From Neptunomonas sp. (lineage in GTDB: Bacteria; Pseudomonadota; Gammaproteobacteria; Pseudomonadales; Balneatricaceae): 64,000 nucleotides of DNA. Of the stretch, positions 1 through 9,434 are shown piece after piece; position 1 is the first letter of the stretch, and every line of letters starts with the position of its first letter. Made by a program: the position numbers and the translations under genes. The stretch spans positions 45,990 through 109,989 of the forward strand of contig DAIRSP010000001.1 in assembly GCA_036804365.1 (NCBI GenBank), in the 5' to 3' direction. A model generated the notes under the pieces. It searched no databases and was not told the origin of the DNA. It worked only from the letters and a program-made list of their open reading frames with translations.

Positions 1-168
1 TTTAGCCAGCAGTGCGCGATTGCGTGGAGCGAGATCGTGAACGATCGCATCCATCTGTGCCCAAAATTGGTCTGCACTGATCCCTGTACCAGGAATGGCT
101 TCGTTATTAATAAAGTTATAAAGACCTGAAGCAACCTGAAGGCCGCCTGTCTGTACCCGTTGACTCAT
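1..168 (-). CDS. glcB: Malate synthase G, N-terminal part (runs off window start)
   Basis: Not in ORF track. Manual translation from ATG at 168: MSQRVQTGGLQVASGLYNFINNEAIPGTGISADQFWAQMDAIVHDLAPRNRALLAK, a typical GlcB N-terminus; GAGG upstream. Confidence 0.93.
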   Translation of the reverse strand, partial: MSQRVQTGGLQVASGLYNFINNEAIPGTGISADQFWAQMDAIVHDLAPRNRALLAK

Positions 169-253
169 AGTAGTAATGCCTCATTGTATATGGGGCCGGT
201 CCGGAGCGAGGCAACCATGACCGGTCGATATAGTTATACATACCTTCTAAAAG

Positions 254-279
254 AGGTATTGTGCAATGCAAAAATACAT
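254..279. promoter_or_regulatory. Candidate RccR/HexR-family operator upstream of glcB
   Basis: AGGTAT-N14-ATACAT, resembling the ATGTAG-N14-CTACAT pseudo-palindrome I recall for Pseudomonas RccR, which regulates glyoxylate-shunt genes. Confidence 0.35.
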
Positions 280-340
280 CAAAATAGAGGAGCTTGTCGC
301 CCCCGTCACGCCTAAAGTATGAGAGTTTTAAGCGCAAAGG

Positions 341-757
341 TTAGATTTCAAAGTGTGCTCTAATCGTGTCGGGAAGAGGAACCGATCTCCCTGTATGATG
401 ATCCATCCATACCACTTTTGAGTAACCGTCACTGACCGGTTTGTCTGGCTGCTTACTACTGAAAATTTCATAGTAAGTCATGAAGCTAGTCCGGCCCGGC
501 TCTGCTATATAACAGCGGATAGTCAGTATGTCAGGATAAACAACAGGTTGCATAAAGGTACAACCCACATTGATAACAACAGGGTCTTGGCCATTGCCAT
601 CCATCTGTGCACCCATCTTTGCTAACAACTGTACACGTGCCTCTTCCAAATAGCGCATATACATCGCGTTGTTTACATGACCATAAGCATCCATGTCACC
701 CCATCGTACTGCAATATCGCAGCTGTAAATTAGCTTTCCTTTTTCAGAGTGCATCAT
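341..757 (-). CDS. Acyl-CoA thioesterase, YbgC/FadM (4HBT hot-dog) family
   Basis: VRWGDMDAYGHVNNAMYMRYLEEAR motif, 138 aa. Confidence 0.9.
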   Translation of the reverse strand: MMHSEKGKLIYSCDIAVRWGDMDAYGHVNNAMYMRYLEEARVQLLAKMGAQMDGNGQDPVVINVGCTFMQPVVYPDILTIRCYIAEPGRTSFMTYYEIFSSKQPDKPVSDGYSKVVWMDHHTGRSVPLPDTIRAHFEI

Positions 758-776
758 GTCACCATCTTTATTTTAA

Positions 777-820
777 TGTCATTCACAAGATAAGGGGTTT
801 TACCTATTTTGTGAATGACA
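777..820. repeat. 44-bp imperfect inverted repeat between mscK-like gene and thioesterase
   Basis: TGTCATTCACAA-gataaggggttttacctatt-TTGTGAATGACA; 12-bp perfect outer arms. Confidence 0.8.
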
Positions 821-827
821 AAAGTGT

Positions 828-3800
828 TCAGCTTTTTTTCGCTCTGTGAAGATGAACGTCAACTTGCGGGAAAGCAATTTCAATATTGTGAGCTTTAAAG
901 TCCTCATCAATGGTTTGGTTAATGTCGTGTGTGACCGGCAAACGGTCAGAAAGGCTGTTGACGAACAGTCTTAATTCTAAATCCAAAGTGCTAGCGCCAA
1001 ATGTGGTGAAAAAGGCATCAGGGGCCGGGTCCTTTAGGACGTTAGGGTGCTCGGTCGCGGCTTTTAATAGTAACTCGCGTGCCAGTCTCGTATCCGAGCC
1101 ATAGGCAATCCCAATTTTGAACACGACACGGGTGATAGGATCGGTGAGTGACCAGTTGATCAATTGGTCGGTTACAAAGTTTTTGTTCGGGATGATTACC
1201 TCTTTGCGATCCCAATCGGAGATCGTTGTTGCACGAATTTGAATGCGCGTAACGTTTCCTGTGAAGCCGCCAATAGTAACGGTATCGCCTATGCGTATTG
1301 GTTTCTCAAATAGAATAATCAAGCCCGATACAAAGTTCGCGACAATCTCTTGTAAACCAAATCCTAACCCCACGCCTAGTGCAGCAATCAGCCACTGCAA
1401 TTTGGACCATTCAAGCCCTAGTTGGGAGGCTCCTGACAGGACGCTAAATACAATAAGGATATATTTAGTAATCGAGGTAATGGCGTATGAAGTACCTTGG
1501 GACAAGGTTAAATGTCGTAACAGTAATAGCTCTAGTAAGCCCGGTAAGTTGTAGGCTGCAAGAATACACAGGGTGATTAATGCGGTACTGAATACCACAT
1601 TTTTTAAGGTAATCGATTCGGAAATAATACCGTCTGTGGTGGTGACATCATTACTCCATAGAACAACACTGTCTAAGATGTCGAGCGTTGGTAGTGCATT
1701 CTTTAAAAAGAACCAGCAGAGTGATACGAAAACAATCACGGTGGTGGTTTTCAGTAGAACACGAGCCTGATCGGAAATACTTTGTAAATTAATGTAGTTT
1801 TCGTTCAGCGGAGGAATCTCTTCGTTCTTCTCGCGTGCCTCGATAATTTCATTGCGGCGAGCCTTCGCTCTATCGAACTCGACATGCCGCTCCTCCATTA
1901 ACAGCCAACGGTTGCCAAGCTTGAAGAAGATAAAGGTTGAGTAAAATATGCCTGTGAGTATCAGCAAAACGAGCATCATCATTGAGGCAGTCAGTAAGTA
2001 GCCCAGTAGCGCAGACAAAATAAGTAGTAAGTGAATGCCTACCAAACTTGCGAGCCAAAGTTGTGCCTGTTGCCACCATCTTACGCCATGGGTAATTTGG
2101 TTGATTTGCGGAGCCACTTTCCATAAAGCTCCCCAGAACAGGCTAACAATACCGGCAAGCAAAATCGTTGCTAAGCGCCCTAGACCTGAGCGCAACTCGG
2201 TAGAGTCCGTTGGGTCAATTAACAGGATCAGGATAATTAACGGTGTGGATAACCAGTAAAGCGGATGCAGCAGTTTGCGTAGTGTTTTGCATAAGGCTTG
2301 TGGTACGGCCAAATGCGCATGGAGGAGCCCGTATGGCATACTCAGCCAGAAGAGTAAGCAGAGGTATACCCATGTCAGCATCGCGACGCTGCGGATGATC
2401 AGGGTAGCAGAGTCAATACTGAAGGCATTGAGATTCAGTATGCTTTCCCCCAAGAGCAGCATACTCGCGGGTACGGGCAAGCTGATAACCATGGGCATCC
2501 AAAGCAGGTTGAACGTATGCAGAAAGCGATCATGAACAACATTACCTATCTCTCTTGCCCATAGTGTGCGACGTGCTTTGTATTGTTTATTTAACAGTGC
2601 AGCGACCACAAACAGCAGTGCTAAGGCCACCAAGTCAGGTATCCAAGAGTAAACAGGCTCAATCAAGGGTTCTGCTAAATTGGGCGTTAAATAAGCGATC
2701 AAGGGTGCTACGCCGACAATTAACTCGTTAATCCAGTTGGTTGAGATGGGTAATGTACTGGGAATCCATAATAGGTGTTGCGCAATTAGCTCACGACCCA
2801 AGGTGATCTGTTTGTTGATTTGCTCTTGTGTGGTCAGTAGTTGAGAAAGTTCGGTAATTCCTTGATTACTCGCTTCACGAATACGGTTTAACAGGTTTTG
2901 TTTATCGGCCATCAACTGCTTGTATTGTTTAAGGGTATTGGCATCAAGGTCTTTAACCCCGTCACTGTTTTCGCTTTCTATCAGTGCGCTAGTGGTGTCT
3001 AAGTTAAGTAAACGTAATTGATTAATCGCTTGGCGCGTTTCATCGGTTTGAATCACCTTAGATAATCTGCGGGTAAACTTGCGTAATTCAATGCCAAGCG
3101 GTTGGATGCTCAGCTCTAATTGCTGTTGCACCGAGGTATAACTCTGATTGACGATGGCCAGTTGCACCTCAAGCAGTCTACGTTGCTGAACGGCTTTATC
3201 CGCCTGATTTAATGTTTCACGAAGGCTTTCACTAAGGGAGAGGTTACCTCTTAGTAAGCCGGCAATCAGAGGGTTTTGTTGAACTAGGTCAATGCTGTCA
3301 GTGTTTAACAGCAGCAGCGTTTGCTCGGTTTCTATACGGCGTTTGGCTTGGAGGAGATCCTGTAAACCATCAATTTGTGCTTGCTGCTGAGTTATATCTT
3401 TGTTTGTTTTTAATAAGCTAAGGCGATTTAATTCACTTTGCCCAGGAATAGAGAGCACTTCGAGTTCAAGTGCCTGAATTTTGGCCGCTCTTAATGCGAA
3501 CTGCGCTTCATTAAGCTTGGAGCCTGCTTGGGAGTTATCTAGTGTATCCTGTTTGAGTGTTGCCAGCTGATCACGTAAGTTAATGAGTTTGACATCACTT
3601 TGCTTAATTTGTTGTGACATGAGATCTCGATTTTGCTCGAGTTCCAACAACTTGGCTTTTTCTAACGTTAAGATCTGCTCGATTTCACTGCTCGTTCGAT
3701 TTTGATAGCGTTCGAAGTTAACGGCAGGCAATACCTGATTCAGATTGTCTTGTAAGCGTTTGGCTTCGCTTGGTTGACGTTGAAGCATAGCTTTAAATTG

Positions 3801-4013
3801 CGTCGATTTCTCATCGAGTTGCAGAGCCTCTTGGTAAGCGGCTAATAATTGAAGATAGTTATCTCTTTGTTGTTTGATTTCAGGTGTAGTGTCTTCCGTA
3901 GGGAGTTGTGATAAACGTTGTTTAAGGATGGATATCTCATCCTTAGTTGCTGCGTGACTTGAAAATACGATGATACAGCTGAGTAACGTAAGTAGCTTGA
4001 AAAAGAGTCTCAT
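828..4013 (-). CDS. Large MscS-family mechanosensitive channel (MscK/MscM-like)
   Basis: Signal peptide, long coiled-coil periplasmic region, many TM helices, C-terminal GVGLGFGLQEIVANFVSGLIILFEKPIRIGD MscS core. Confidence 0.92.
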   Translation of the reverse strand: MRLFFKLLTLLSCIIVFSSHAATKDEISILKQRLSQLPTEDTTPEIKQQRDNYLQLLAAYQEALQLDEKSTQFKAMLQRQPSEAKRLQDNLNQVLPAVNFERYQNRTSSEIEQILTLEKAKLLELEQNRDLMSQQIKQSDVKLINLRDQLATLKQDTLDNSQAGSKLNEAQFALRAAKIQALELEVLSIPGQSELNRLSLLKTNKDITQQQAQIDGLQDLLQAKRRIETEQTLLLLNTDSIDLVQQNPLIAGLLRGNLSLSESLRETLNQADKAVQQRRLLEVQLAIVNQSYTSVQQQLELSIQPLGIELRKFTRRLSKVIQTDETRQAINQLRLLNLDTTSALIESENSDGVKDLDANTLKQYKQLMADKQNLLNRIREASNQGITELSQLLTTQEQINKQITLGRELIAQHLLWIPSTLPISTNWINELIVGVAPLIAYLTPNLAEPLIEPVYSWIPDLVALALLFVVAALLNKQYKARRTLWAREIGNVVHDRFLHTFNLLWMPMVISLPVPASMLLLGESILNLNAFSIDSATLIIRSVAMLTWVYLCLLFWLSMPYGLLHAHLAVPQALCKTLRKLLHPLYWLSTPLIILILLIDPTDSTELRSGLGRLATILLAGIVSLFWGALWKVAPQINQITHGVRWWQQAQLWLASLVGIHLLLILSALLGYLLTASMMMLVLLILTGIFYSTFIFFKLGNRWLLMEERHVEFDRAKARRNEIIEAREKNEEIPPLNENYINLQSISDQARVLLKTTTVIVFVSLCWFFLKNALPTLDILDSVVLWSNDVTTTDGIISESITLKNVVFSTALITLCILAAYNLPGLLELLLLRHLTLSQGTSYAITSITKYILIVFSVLSGASQLGLEWSKLQWLIAALGVGLGFGLQEIVANFVSGLIILFEKPIRIGDTVTIGGFTGNVTRIQIRATTISDWDRKEVIIPNKNFVTDQLINWSLTDPITRVVFKIGIAYGSDTRLARELLLKAATEHPNVLKDPAPDAFFTTFGASTLDLELRLFVNSLSDRLPVTHDINQTIDEDFKAHNIEIAFPQVDVHLHRAKKS

Positions 4014-4112
4014 AATATTCCTGACATATGCTTTGTAGCGAGAGGTACGCTATAAATAATTGTAACTGTGCCTCAAGCTAAACAACATAGAGAGACATAC
4101 AAAGGACAAGAT

Positions 4113-5087
4113 ATGTATCAGTTAAGTTCAGAAAAGTTACGGAATACACTCCCCGCGTTTTCGAAAGTGACTGGTTGGCGGCCTAATGATGTTTGGGATG
4201 ATTACGCCAAACTCTACAAACTTATCCCCCTACGTGAGCAGTATGATTGGACAGTTGGGGTTGAGCCTTATCAGGATTTATCTCTGGTAATGCAGCATTT
4301 TGCCGTTGAAGATGCGGTTGGCACGGTGTTTTTACTGCATGGCTATACTGATCATCTCGGTTTGTATACGGGGCTCATCGAAACCCTATTAAAAGCTGGG
4401 TGGAATGTGTTGGGTGTTGATTTGCCAGGTCATGGGTTATCCAGTGGGAATAGCTATTCCATTCAGAGCTTCTCTACCTATGCAGGTATGGTGCAGCATA
4501 TTTTAAAAACTCATTGTCAGAATGAAATGACACTCTTGATGGGATTAAGCACGGGAGGGGCGGCAATACTTGAGCACCAGCGCTTGTATCCGGCGCAGGC
4601 GGGTGACCCCTTTTCAGTGGCGGGCCGAATCTTACTCGCACCCTTGGTCAGGCCGGCTTACTGTGAGGTCATTCAATGGAAGTATCGCTTACTACATCTA
4701 TTCCTCAAACGGGTAAAACGTGTCAGGACTGAGCATTCTCATGATGAGGCGTTCTTACGCTTTATCCATGAAGAAGATCCGCTTCAGTCAAACTGGATTG
4801 CAGTGGACTGGATCGGCGCTATGTTGAAATGGATCCCTTTAATCGAGGGGTCAGTACCGTCAAAAATCCCCATGACTGTTATACAAGGTACCGATGATAC
4901 GACGGTCGATTGGAGTCATAATGTAACTGTTTTAAAGCAGCTGTATCCCAGTGCGGAAATTAAACTGATCGAGGGCGCAAGGCACCATTTAGTGAATGAG
5001 GGTGAGCCTTGGCTCAGTGAGATACGCGAGGTGGTGTTACAAACATTATCAAAAATAAAAGCTAGAGCAGCAGAACCGCCGCTCTAG
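4113..5087 (+). CDS. Alpha/beta hydrolase (lysophospholipase-like)
   Basis: HGYTDH, DLPGHG, nucleophile GLSTGG, QGTDDTTV, GARHHL; ATG 4113 chosen because AAGGA precedes it (track starts at GTG 4068). Confidence 0.85.
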   Translation: MYQLSSEKLRNTLPAFSKVTGWRPNDVWDDYAKLYKLIPLREQYDWTVGVEPYQDLSLVMQHFAVEDAVGTVFLLHGYTDHLGLYTGLIETLLKAGWNVLGVDLPGHGLSSGNSYSIQSFSTYAGMVQHILKTHCQNEMTLLMGLSTGGAAILEHQRLYPAQAGDPFSVAGRILLAPLVRPAYCEVIQWKYRLLHLFLKRVKRVRTEHSHDEAFLRFIHEEDPLQSNWIAVDWIGAMLKWIPLIEGSVPSKIPMTVIQGTDDTTVDWSHNVTVLKQLYPSAEIKLIEGARHHLVNEGEPWLSEIREVVLQTLSKIKARAAEPPL

Positions 5088-5097
5088 CTTGATCTGC

Positions 5098-6330
5098 TTA
5101 GAACAAACGACGGCAGCGGATAGTTCCGTCGACTGTTAATAATTTTTCAAGCGCAACTTCTGAACAATCAGCATCGACATCAATCACTACGTAACCCACT
5201 TTGTCGTTTGTCTGTAGGTACTGACCCGAGATGTTGATATTGTTTTCAGAGAAAATGTTGTTGATCTTAGACAATACGCCCGGAATGTTCTGGTGAACGT
5301 GCAGCAGACGGTGAACATGCGGATGTTCAGGCAACGCCACTTCAGGGAAGTTAACAGAGGTAATAGACGAGCCATTATCGCTGTATTTAACCAACTTCTC
5401 TGCCACTTCGTAACCGATGTTCTCTTGGGCTTCCATGGTAGATCCGCCGACGTGAGGTGTTAAAATCACGTTATCAAACTCACGCAACGGAGAGATGAAC
5501 TCATCATTGTTTGTACGAGGCTCGACAGGGAAAACGTCAATAGCAGCGCCGTGCAGTTTTTTACTACGTAACGCATCGCAAAGATCATCGATCACTACAA
5601 CCGTTCCGCGTGCAGCGTTGATGAAGATCGCGCCATCTTTCATCTGTTCAAACTGTGCTGCGCCCATCATATCTTTAGTCGCTTTGGTTTCAGGAACATG
5701 CAAGCTGACGATATCACAGGTGCGAAGTAGTTCATTTAGGTCAGCGGTTTGCTTTGCATTACCTAACGCTAGCTTATTAACTACGTCATGGAAGTAAACT
5801 TCCATACCTAAGCCTTCAGCTAATACGCTGAGTTGTGATCCGATACTACCGTAACCAACGATACCCAACTTTTTACCGCGAATTTCGTAAGAGTTCGTTG
5901 CGGATTTTTGCCACACACCACGGTGCGCTTTAGCGTTCTTTTCAGCCACGCCGCGTAAAAGAATAATGGCTTCAGCTAATACCAGTTCAGCAACAGAGCG
6001 GGTATTGGAGTAAGGCGCATTAAAAACAGCAACCCCTTGTTTCGTTGCCGCTTCAAGATCAACTTGGTTAGTACCGATACAGAAACAGCCAACCGCAACT
6101 AGCTTCTGTGCCGCTTCGAAGACTTTTTCAGTTAGCTGCGTGCGTGAACGGATGCCAATAAAGTGTGCATCTGCAATACGCTCTAATAGTTCCTCTTCCG
6201 GTAATGAGCCGGTATGGAATTCTATGTTGGTGTAGCCTTGGGCATTTAGCGTGTCGATTGCGGATTGGTGTACGCCTTCCAACAATAGAATTTTGATTTT
6301 GCTCTTATCCAGCGAGGTGATTTTGCTCAT
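5098..6330 (-). CDS. serA: D-3-phosphoglycerate dehydrogenase
   Basis: SLDKSKIKILLLEGVHQSA, GIRSRT, GYGSIG, TPHVGGST, C-terminal ACT domain. Confidence 0.97.
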   Translation of the reverse strand: MSKITSLDKSKIKILLLEGVHQSAIDTLNAQGYTNIEFHTGSLPEEELLERIADAHFIGIRSRTQLTEKVFEAAQKLVAVGCFCIGTNQVDLEAATKQGVAVFNAPYSNTRSVAELVLAEAIILLRGVAEKNAKAHRGVWQKSATNSYEIRGKKLGIVGYGSIGSQLSVLAEGLGMEVYFHDVVNKLALGNAKQTADLNELLRTCDIVSLHVPETKATKDMMGAAQFEQMKDGAIFINAARGTVVVIDDLCDALRSKKLHGAAIDVFPVEPRTNNDEFISPLREFDNVILTPHVGGSTMEAQENIGYEVAEKLVKYSDNGSSITSVNFPEVALPEHPHVHRLLHVHQNIPGVLSKINNIFSENNINISGQYLQTNDKVGYVVIDVDADCSEVALEKLLTVDGTIRCRRLF

Positions 6331-6478
6331 CTTCTGCAACTCTTCAATATGGGGGTCAGAAAAACTGCCGATAAATTCGACGGCGTGTAAAGATGGCTAT
6401 ATTAACACACAGATAGATGAAAGGGATTGAGTCAAAAGAGGGATTTACTGGAAAAATTTTCAAGCCATGTTGAGTAGG

Positions 6479-6510
6479 TTTGCTGCATGAGCGTTATCTC
6501 ATGCAGCAAA
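6479..6510. terminator. 13-bp perfect stem hairpin downstream of ppnP
   Basis: TTTGCTGCATGAG-cgttat-CTCATGCAGCAAA; no U-tract on the ppnP (-) strand, so terminator role is uncertain. Confidence 0.55.
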
Positions 6511-6515
6511 TTTTC

Positions 6516-6797
6516 TTAGCTGTAGAAGCAAAGATAAGCCGTTGCTTGCTCAACCTTCAACTGGAACTTCTGGTTGGCTTCAACCGTGAACTCGGTACCT
6601 GTCGGGTAGCTAACGAATGCATCGCTGCCCGGCAGCTTAACAATTAGCTCACCGCTGGTCACTTTCATTAGTTCTTTCTGGCTGGTGCCAAACTCATATT
6701 CACCAATAGCCATGACGCCAGCAGTGACTTTACCTTCTTTGTTTTCAAAGCCGATCGATTTAACAGTACCATCGAAATATTCATTTACAGTTAGCAT
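6516..6797 (-). CDS. ppnP: Pyrimidine/purine nucleoside phosphorylase (YaiE/DUF1255)
   Basis: [17 protein letters not shown]...[12 protein letters not shown]...YLCFY, 93 aa; GGAG upstream. Confidence 0.93.
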   Translation of the reverse strand: MLTVNEYFDGTVKSIGFENKEGKVTAGVMAIGEYEFGTSQKELMKVTSGELIVKLPGSDAFVSYPTGTEFTVEANQKFQLKVEQATAYLCFYS

Positions 6798-6828
6798 CAA
6801 GTATTACTCCCATGATTAATGGGCAGCA

Positions 6829-7725
6829 TCATAGTGGCTGTTTAAAGTTTTTGCTACTGCGAAAATCGAGCATAAAGTCGACAAAGGTTTGATTGGCACG
6901 AGAGAGGTAACGCCCCTTATTCCAGGCAATACAGAGGTCAAGCCAGACCGGCTCGGCAAAAGGTAAGGTGACTAAGTCATCATCATTTTCGATCACCATG
7001 CCAAGGAGTGTCGAGATGGCATAGCCTCGCCTTACCACCGATTTAATGAGCGGGATCAGGTTCGTTTCAAAACCTATATGAGGTACAGCGCCAATAGAGG
7101 CCGCAATTCGATCAAGGACTTTACGATGAAAGTAACCTTCTTTGAACATGGCAAGCTCTTGGCTAAAGAACTCCTGATAACTGATACTGGATTGGTTGGC
7201 AAAGGGATGATCTTTAGCCAAGGTAACAAGCATCTGCTGACGCAGGAACATTTCGGTATGTAAAGATTCTGGCGCAAATTCAGAGACAATCACGCCCATA
7301 TCTAACTCGCCTTGCTCAATCATCTGCTGAATATGGCCAGCACCGCCTTCAATTACCTGTAAATCAAGCGATGGGTAACGATGCTTAAAGGCCATCAAAA
7401 TAGGAGGAAAATAGTACGAGCCTAGCATCCCAGGAATACCAATACGCACTTTACCTTGCGTCAGTCCTTTTAGTTCACGCATCTCTAGTTCGGCATCTGA
7501 AACACGTTTCAAAATAGCTTTTGCATGTGTTAGTAACCGCTCACCTTCGTCTGTCAGCTTTATATTTCGGTCATTTCTATGGAAAAGTTTTAACTCCAGC
7601 GCGGTTTCCAGTTTATTAATCGACATGCTAATCGCCGGCTGAGCGATATGTAGATGCTCAGCTGCTTTAGAAAAGCTGCGGTATTGAGCCACGGTATAGA
7701 AGTAGCGAAGCTGTTTTAAATCCAT
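6829..7725 (-). CDS. LysR-family transcriptional regulator, divergent from MFS gene
   Basis: MDLKQLRYFYTVAQYRSFSKAAEHLHIAQPAIS HTH; 298 aa from ATG 7725; T-N11-A element next to its start codon. Confidence 0.95.
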   Translation of the reverse strand: MDLKQLRYFYTVAQYRSFSKAAEHLHIAQPAISMSINKLETALELKLFHRNDRNIKLTDEGERLLTHAKAILKRVSDAELEMRELKGLTQGKVRIGIPGMLGSYYFPPILMAFKHRYPSLDLQVIEGGAGHIQQMIEQGELDMGVIVSEFAPESLHTEMFLRQQMLVTLAKDHPFANQSSISYQEFFSQELAMFKEGYFHRKVLDRIAASIGAVPHIGFETNLIPLIKSVVRRGYAISTLLGMVIENDDDLVTLPFAEPVWLDLCIAWNKGRYLSRANQTFVDFMLDFRSSKNFKQPL

Positions 7726-7815
7726 ATCAATTTTTCTTATGATTATGATAATTTCAATATATTTTACTGATTCTATGTCGAGCGTTATTCTCACGCCACA
7801 AATGATTGAGGTGGC

Positions 7816-9015
7816 ATGATGATCGACACAGGTACAAAAGCATTTTGGCGAGCAACACTCGCACTCTGCTTAGGTTCGTTTATGATTTTTTCGAACCTTT
7901 ATATGACTCAGCCTTTGTTGCCTACCTTCGTGAAAACCTTTGGGATTAGCGAGTTAGAGGCTAGCTGGAGCTTTACAGTTGCGACCCTGACACTAGGCTT
8001 GTCCTTGCTAATTTATGGGCCTCTATCTGATGCGTATGGGCGGAAAAATATTATGCTCATCAGCATGAGTGGCGTCGTTATGACCACTTTTCTGCTATCA
8101 CAAACCGAACATTACACCTATCTGATTTTGTTAAGAGGGATACAAGGGTTTTGTTTGGGTGGGCTGCCTGCCATAGCGATTGCGTATATGGGAGATGAGT
8201 TTAAGCGCCCAGCTATGATTATGGCCGTGGGCTTTTATATCAGTGGTAACTCAATTGGGGGAATCGGCGGGCGTTTGATTGGCGGCTTTGTCGGGGAGTG
8301 GCTTGGATGGTCGGAGGTTTTTTTAGTGATGACCTTATTAGGGTTTTGTTTGCTGGTGGCTTTTTCTTTTTTGTTGCCGAACTCTCAGCACTTCGAGCCT
8401 AAAGCTATGTCACCTAGAAAGATGCTCTCGGCGATCTCTGGGCATCTGACTAGCCCCCTGTTGATCATTACTTATCTGATCGGGGGCTTTAACTTCTTTA
8501 TTTTTATTAACCAGTATAGCTTCGTCACCTTCCTATTAGCTGCTGAGCCTTACAACCTTTCGCCGGCTTGGTTGGGTATGCTTTTCCTTACATATCTATC
8601 GGGTACCGTGGGGTCCGCTATGTCGGGTCGCGTAGCGCAAAGACTGCCGCAACCTGTATGTATGATGTTAGGGATAGGTTTACTGATGACGGGGTCGTTG
8701 ATCACTTTGCTGCCCAGTATTTGGGCGATCTTGGCAGGTTTTCTTGTCAATGCGTTTGGCTTTTTCTTCGCCCATTCAACGGCGAGCAGTTGGGTGAGTC
8801 AACATGCGCATCAGGCAAAAGCTACAGCATCCTCACTATATCTGGTTTTCTACTATATGGGGGCAAGTACGGGTGGGTTCTATCTTCAGCCCTATTGGAA
8901 GCTTTCAGGCTGGTCGGGGGTGATCATGGGATCGTTAATTATTCTGTTGATGACCTTATTGTTGGCGATGTGGCTTTTCAAGCTCAGTAAGCGACAAGCT
9001 GCCGTATTAGCTTAA
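7816..9015 (+). CDS. MFS transporter, YnfM-like
   Basis: About 12 hydrophobic segments, motif A GPLSDAYGRK, GFYISGNSIGGIGGR, ASSLYLVFYYMGAS. Confidence 0.9.
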   Translation: MMIDTGTKAFWRATLALCLGSFMIFSNLYMTQPLLPTFVKTFGISELEASWSFTVATLTLGLSLLIYGPLSDAYGRKNIMLISMSGVVMTTFLLSQTEHYTYLILLRGIQGFCLGGLPAIAIAYMGDEFKRPAMIMAVGFYISGNSIGGIGGRLIGGFVGEWLGWSEVFLVMTLLGFCLLVAFSFLLPNSQHFEPKAMSPRKMLSAISGHLTSPLLIITYLIGGFNFFIFINQYSFVTFLLAAEPYNLSPAWLGMLFLTYLSGTVGSAMSGRVAQRLPQPVCMMLGIGLLMTGSLITLLPSIWAILAGFLVNAFGFFFAHSTASSWVSQHAHQAKATASSLYLVFYYMGASTGGFYLQPYWKLSGWSGVIMGSLIILLMTLLLAMWLFKLSKRQAAVLA

Positions 9016-9016
9016 C

Positions 9017-9051
9017 TATTTGCGCGGCGATTACAGGTCGCTGCGCAAATA
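9017..9051. terminator. Hairpin between convergent MFS gene and ppiC
   Basis: TATTTGCGCGGCGA-ttacagg-TCGCTGCGCAAATA, 14-bp stem with one G.U pair on the + strand. Confidence 0.65.
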
Positions 9052-9072
9052 AGATCTCTTAATTCAGCCTGA

Positions 9073-9351
9073 TTAAGAACGGCTCGTAATTTCGAGCAGG
9101 TGGTAGCCAAACTGTGTTTTAACAGGTCCATGAACCTTGTTTAGCTCACCACTGAAAACCACTTGATCAAATTCACGTACCATCTGACCTGGACCAAATG
9201 AACCTAAATCACCACCTTGACGACCTGATGGGCAGTTAGAGTGTTGCTTGGCGATGGCAGCGAAATCTGCACCCGCTTCGATCTGTTTTTTCAAGTCTTC
9301 GCATTGTGCTTCTGAATCAACCAAAATGTGGCGGGCAGTTGCTCTAGCCAT
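9073..9351 (-). CDS. ppiC: Parvulin peptidyl-prolyl cis-trans isomerase
   Basis: MARATARHILV...HSNCPSGRQGGDLGSF...GPVKTQFGYHL, 92 aa; GAGG upstream. Confidence 0.95.
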   Translation of the reverse strand: MARATARHILVDSEAQCEDLKKQIEAGADFAAIAKQHSNCPSGRQGGDLGSFGPGQMVREFDQVVFSGELNKVHGPVKTQFGYHLLEITSRS

Positions 9352-9434
9352 GGGTATAACCTCGTTTAGAATCATTATCGTGTGCTATAGGATACCTGTT
9401 ATTATTCAATAACCAAATATGTAAGGAGTATGGT

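Noticed and set aside
116..337. 73-aa ORF on the - strand
   Set aside because: Overlaps the real glcB start in another frame and spans its promoter; no recognisable protein features
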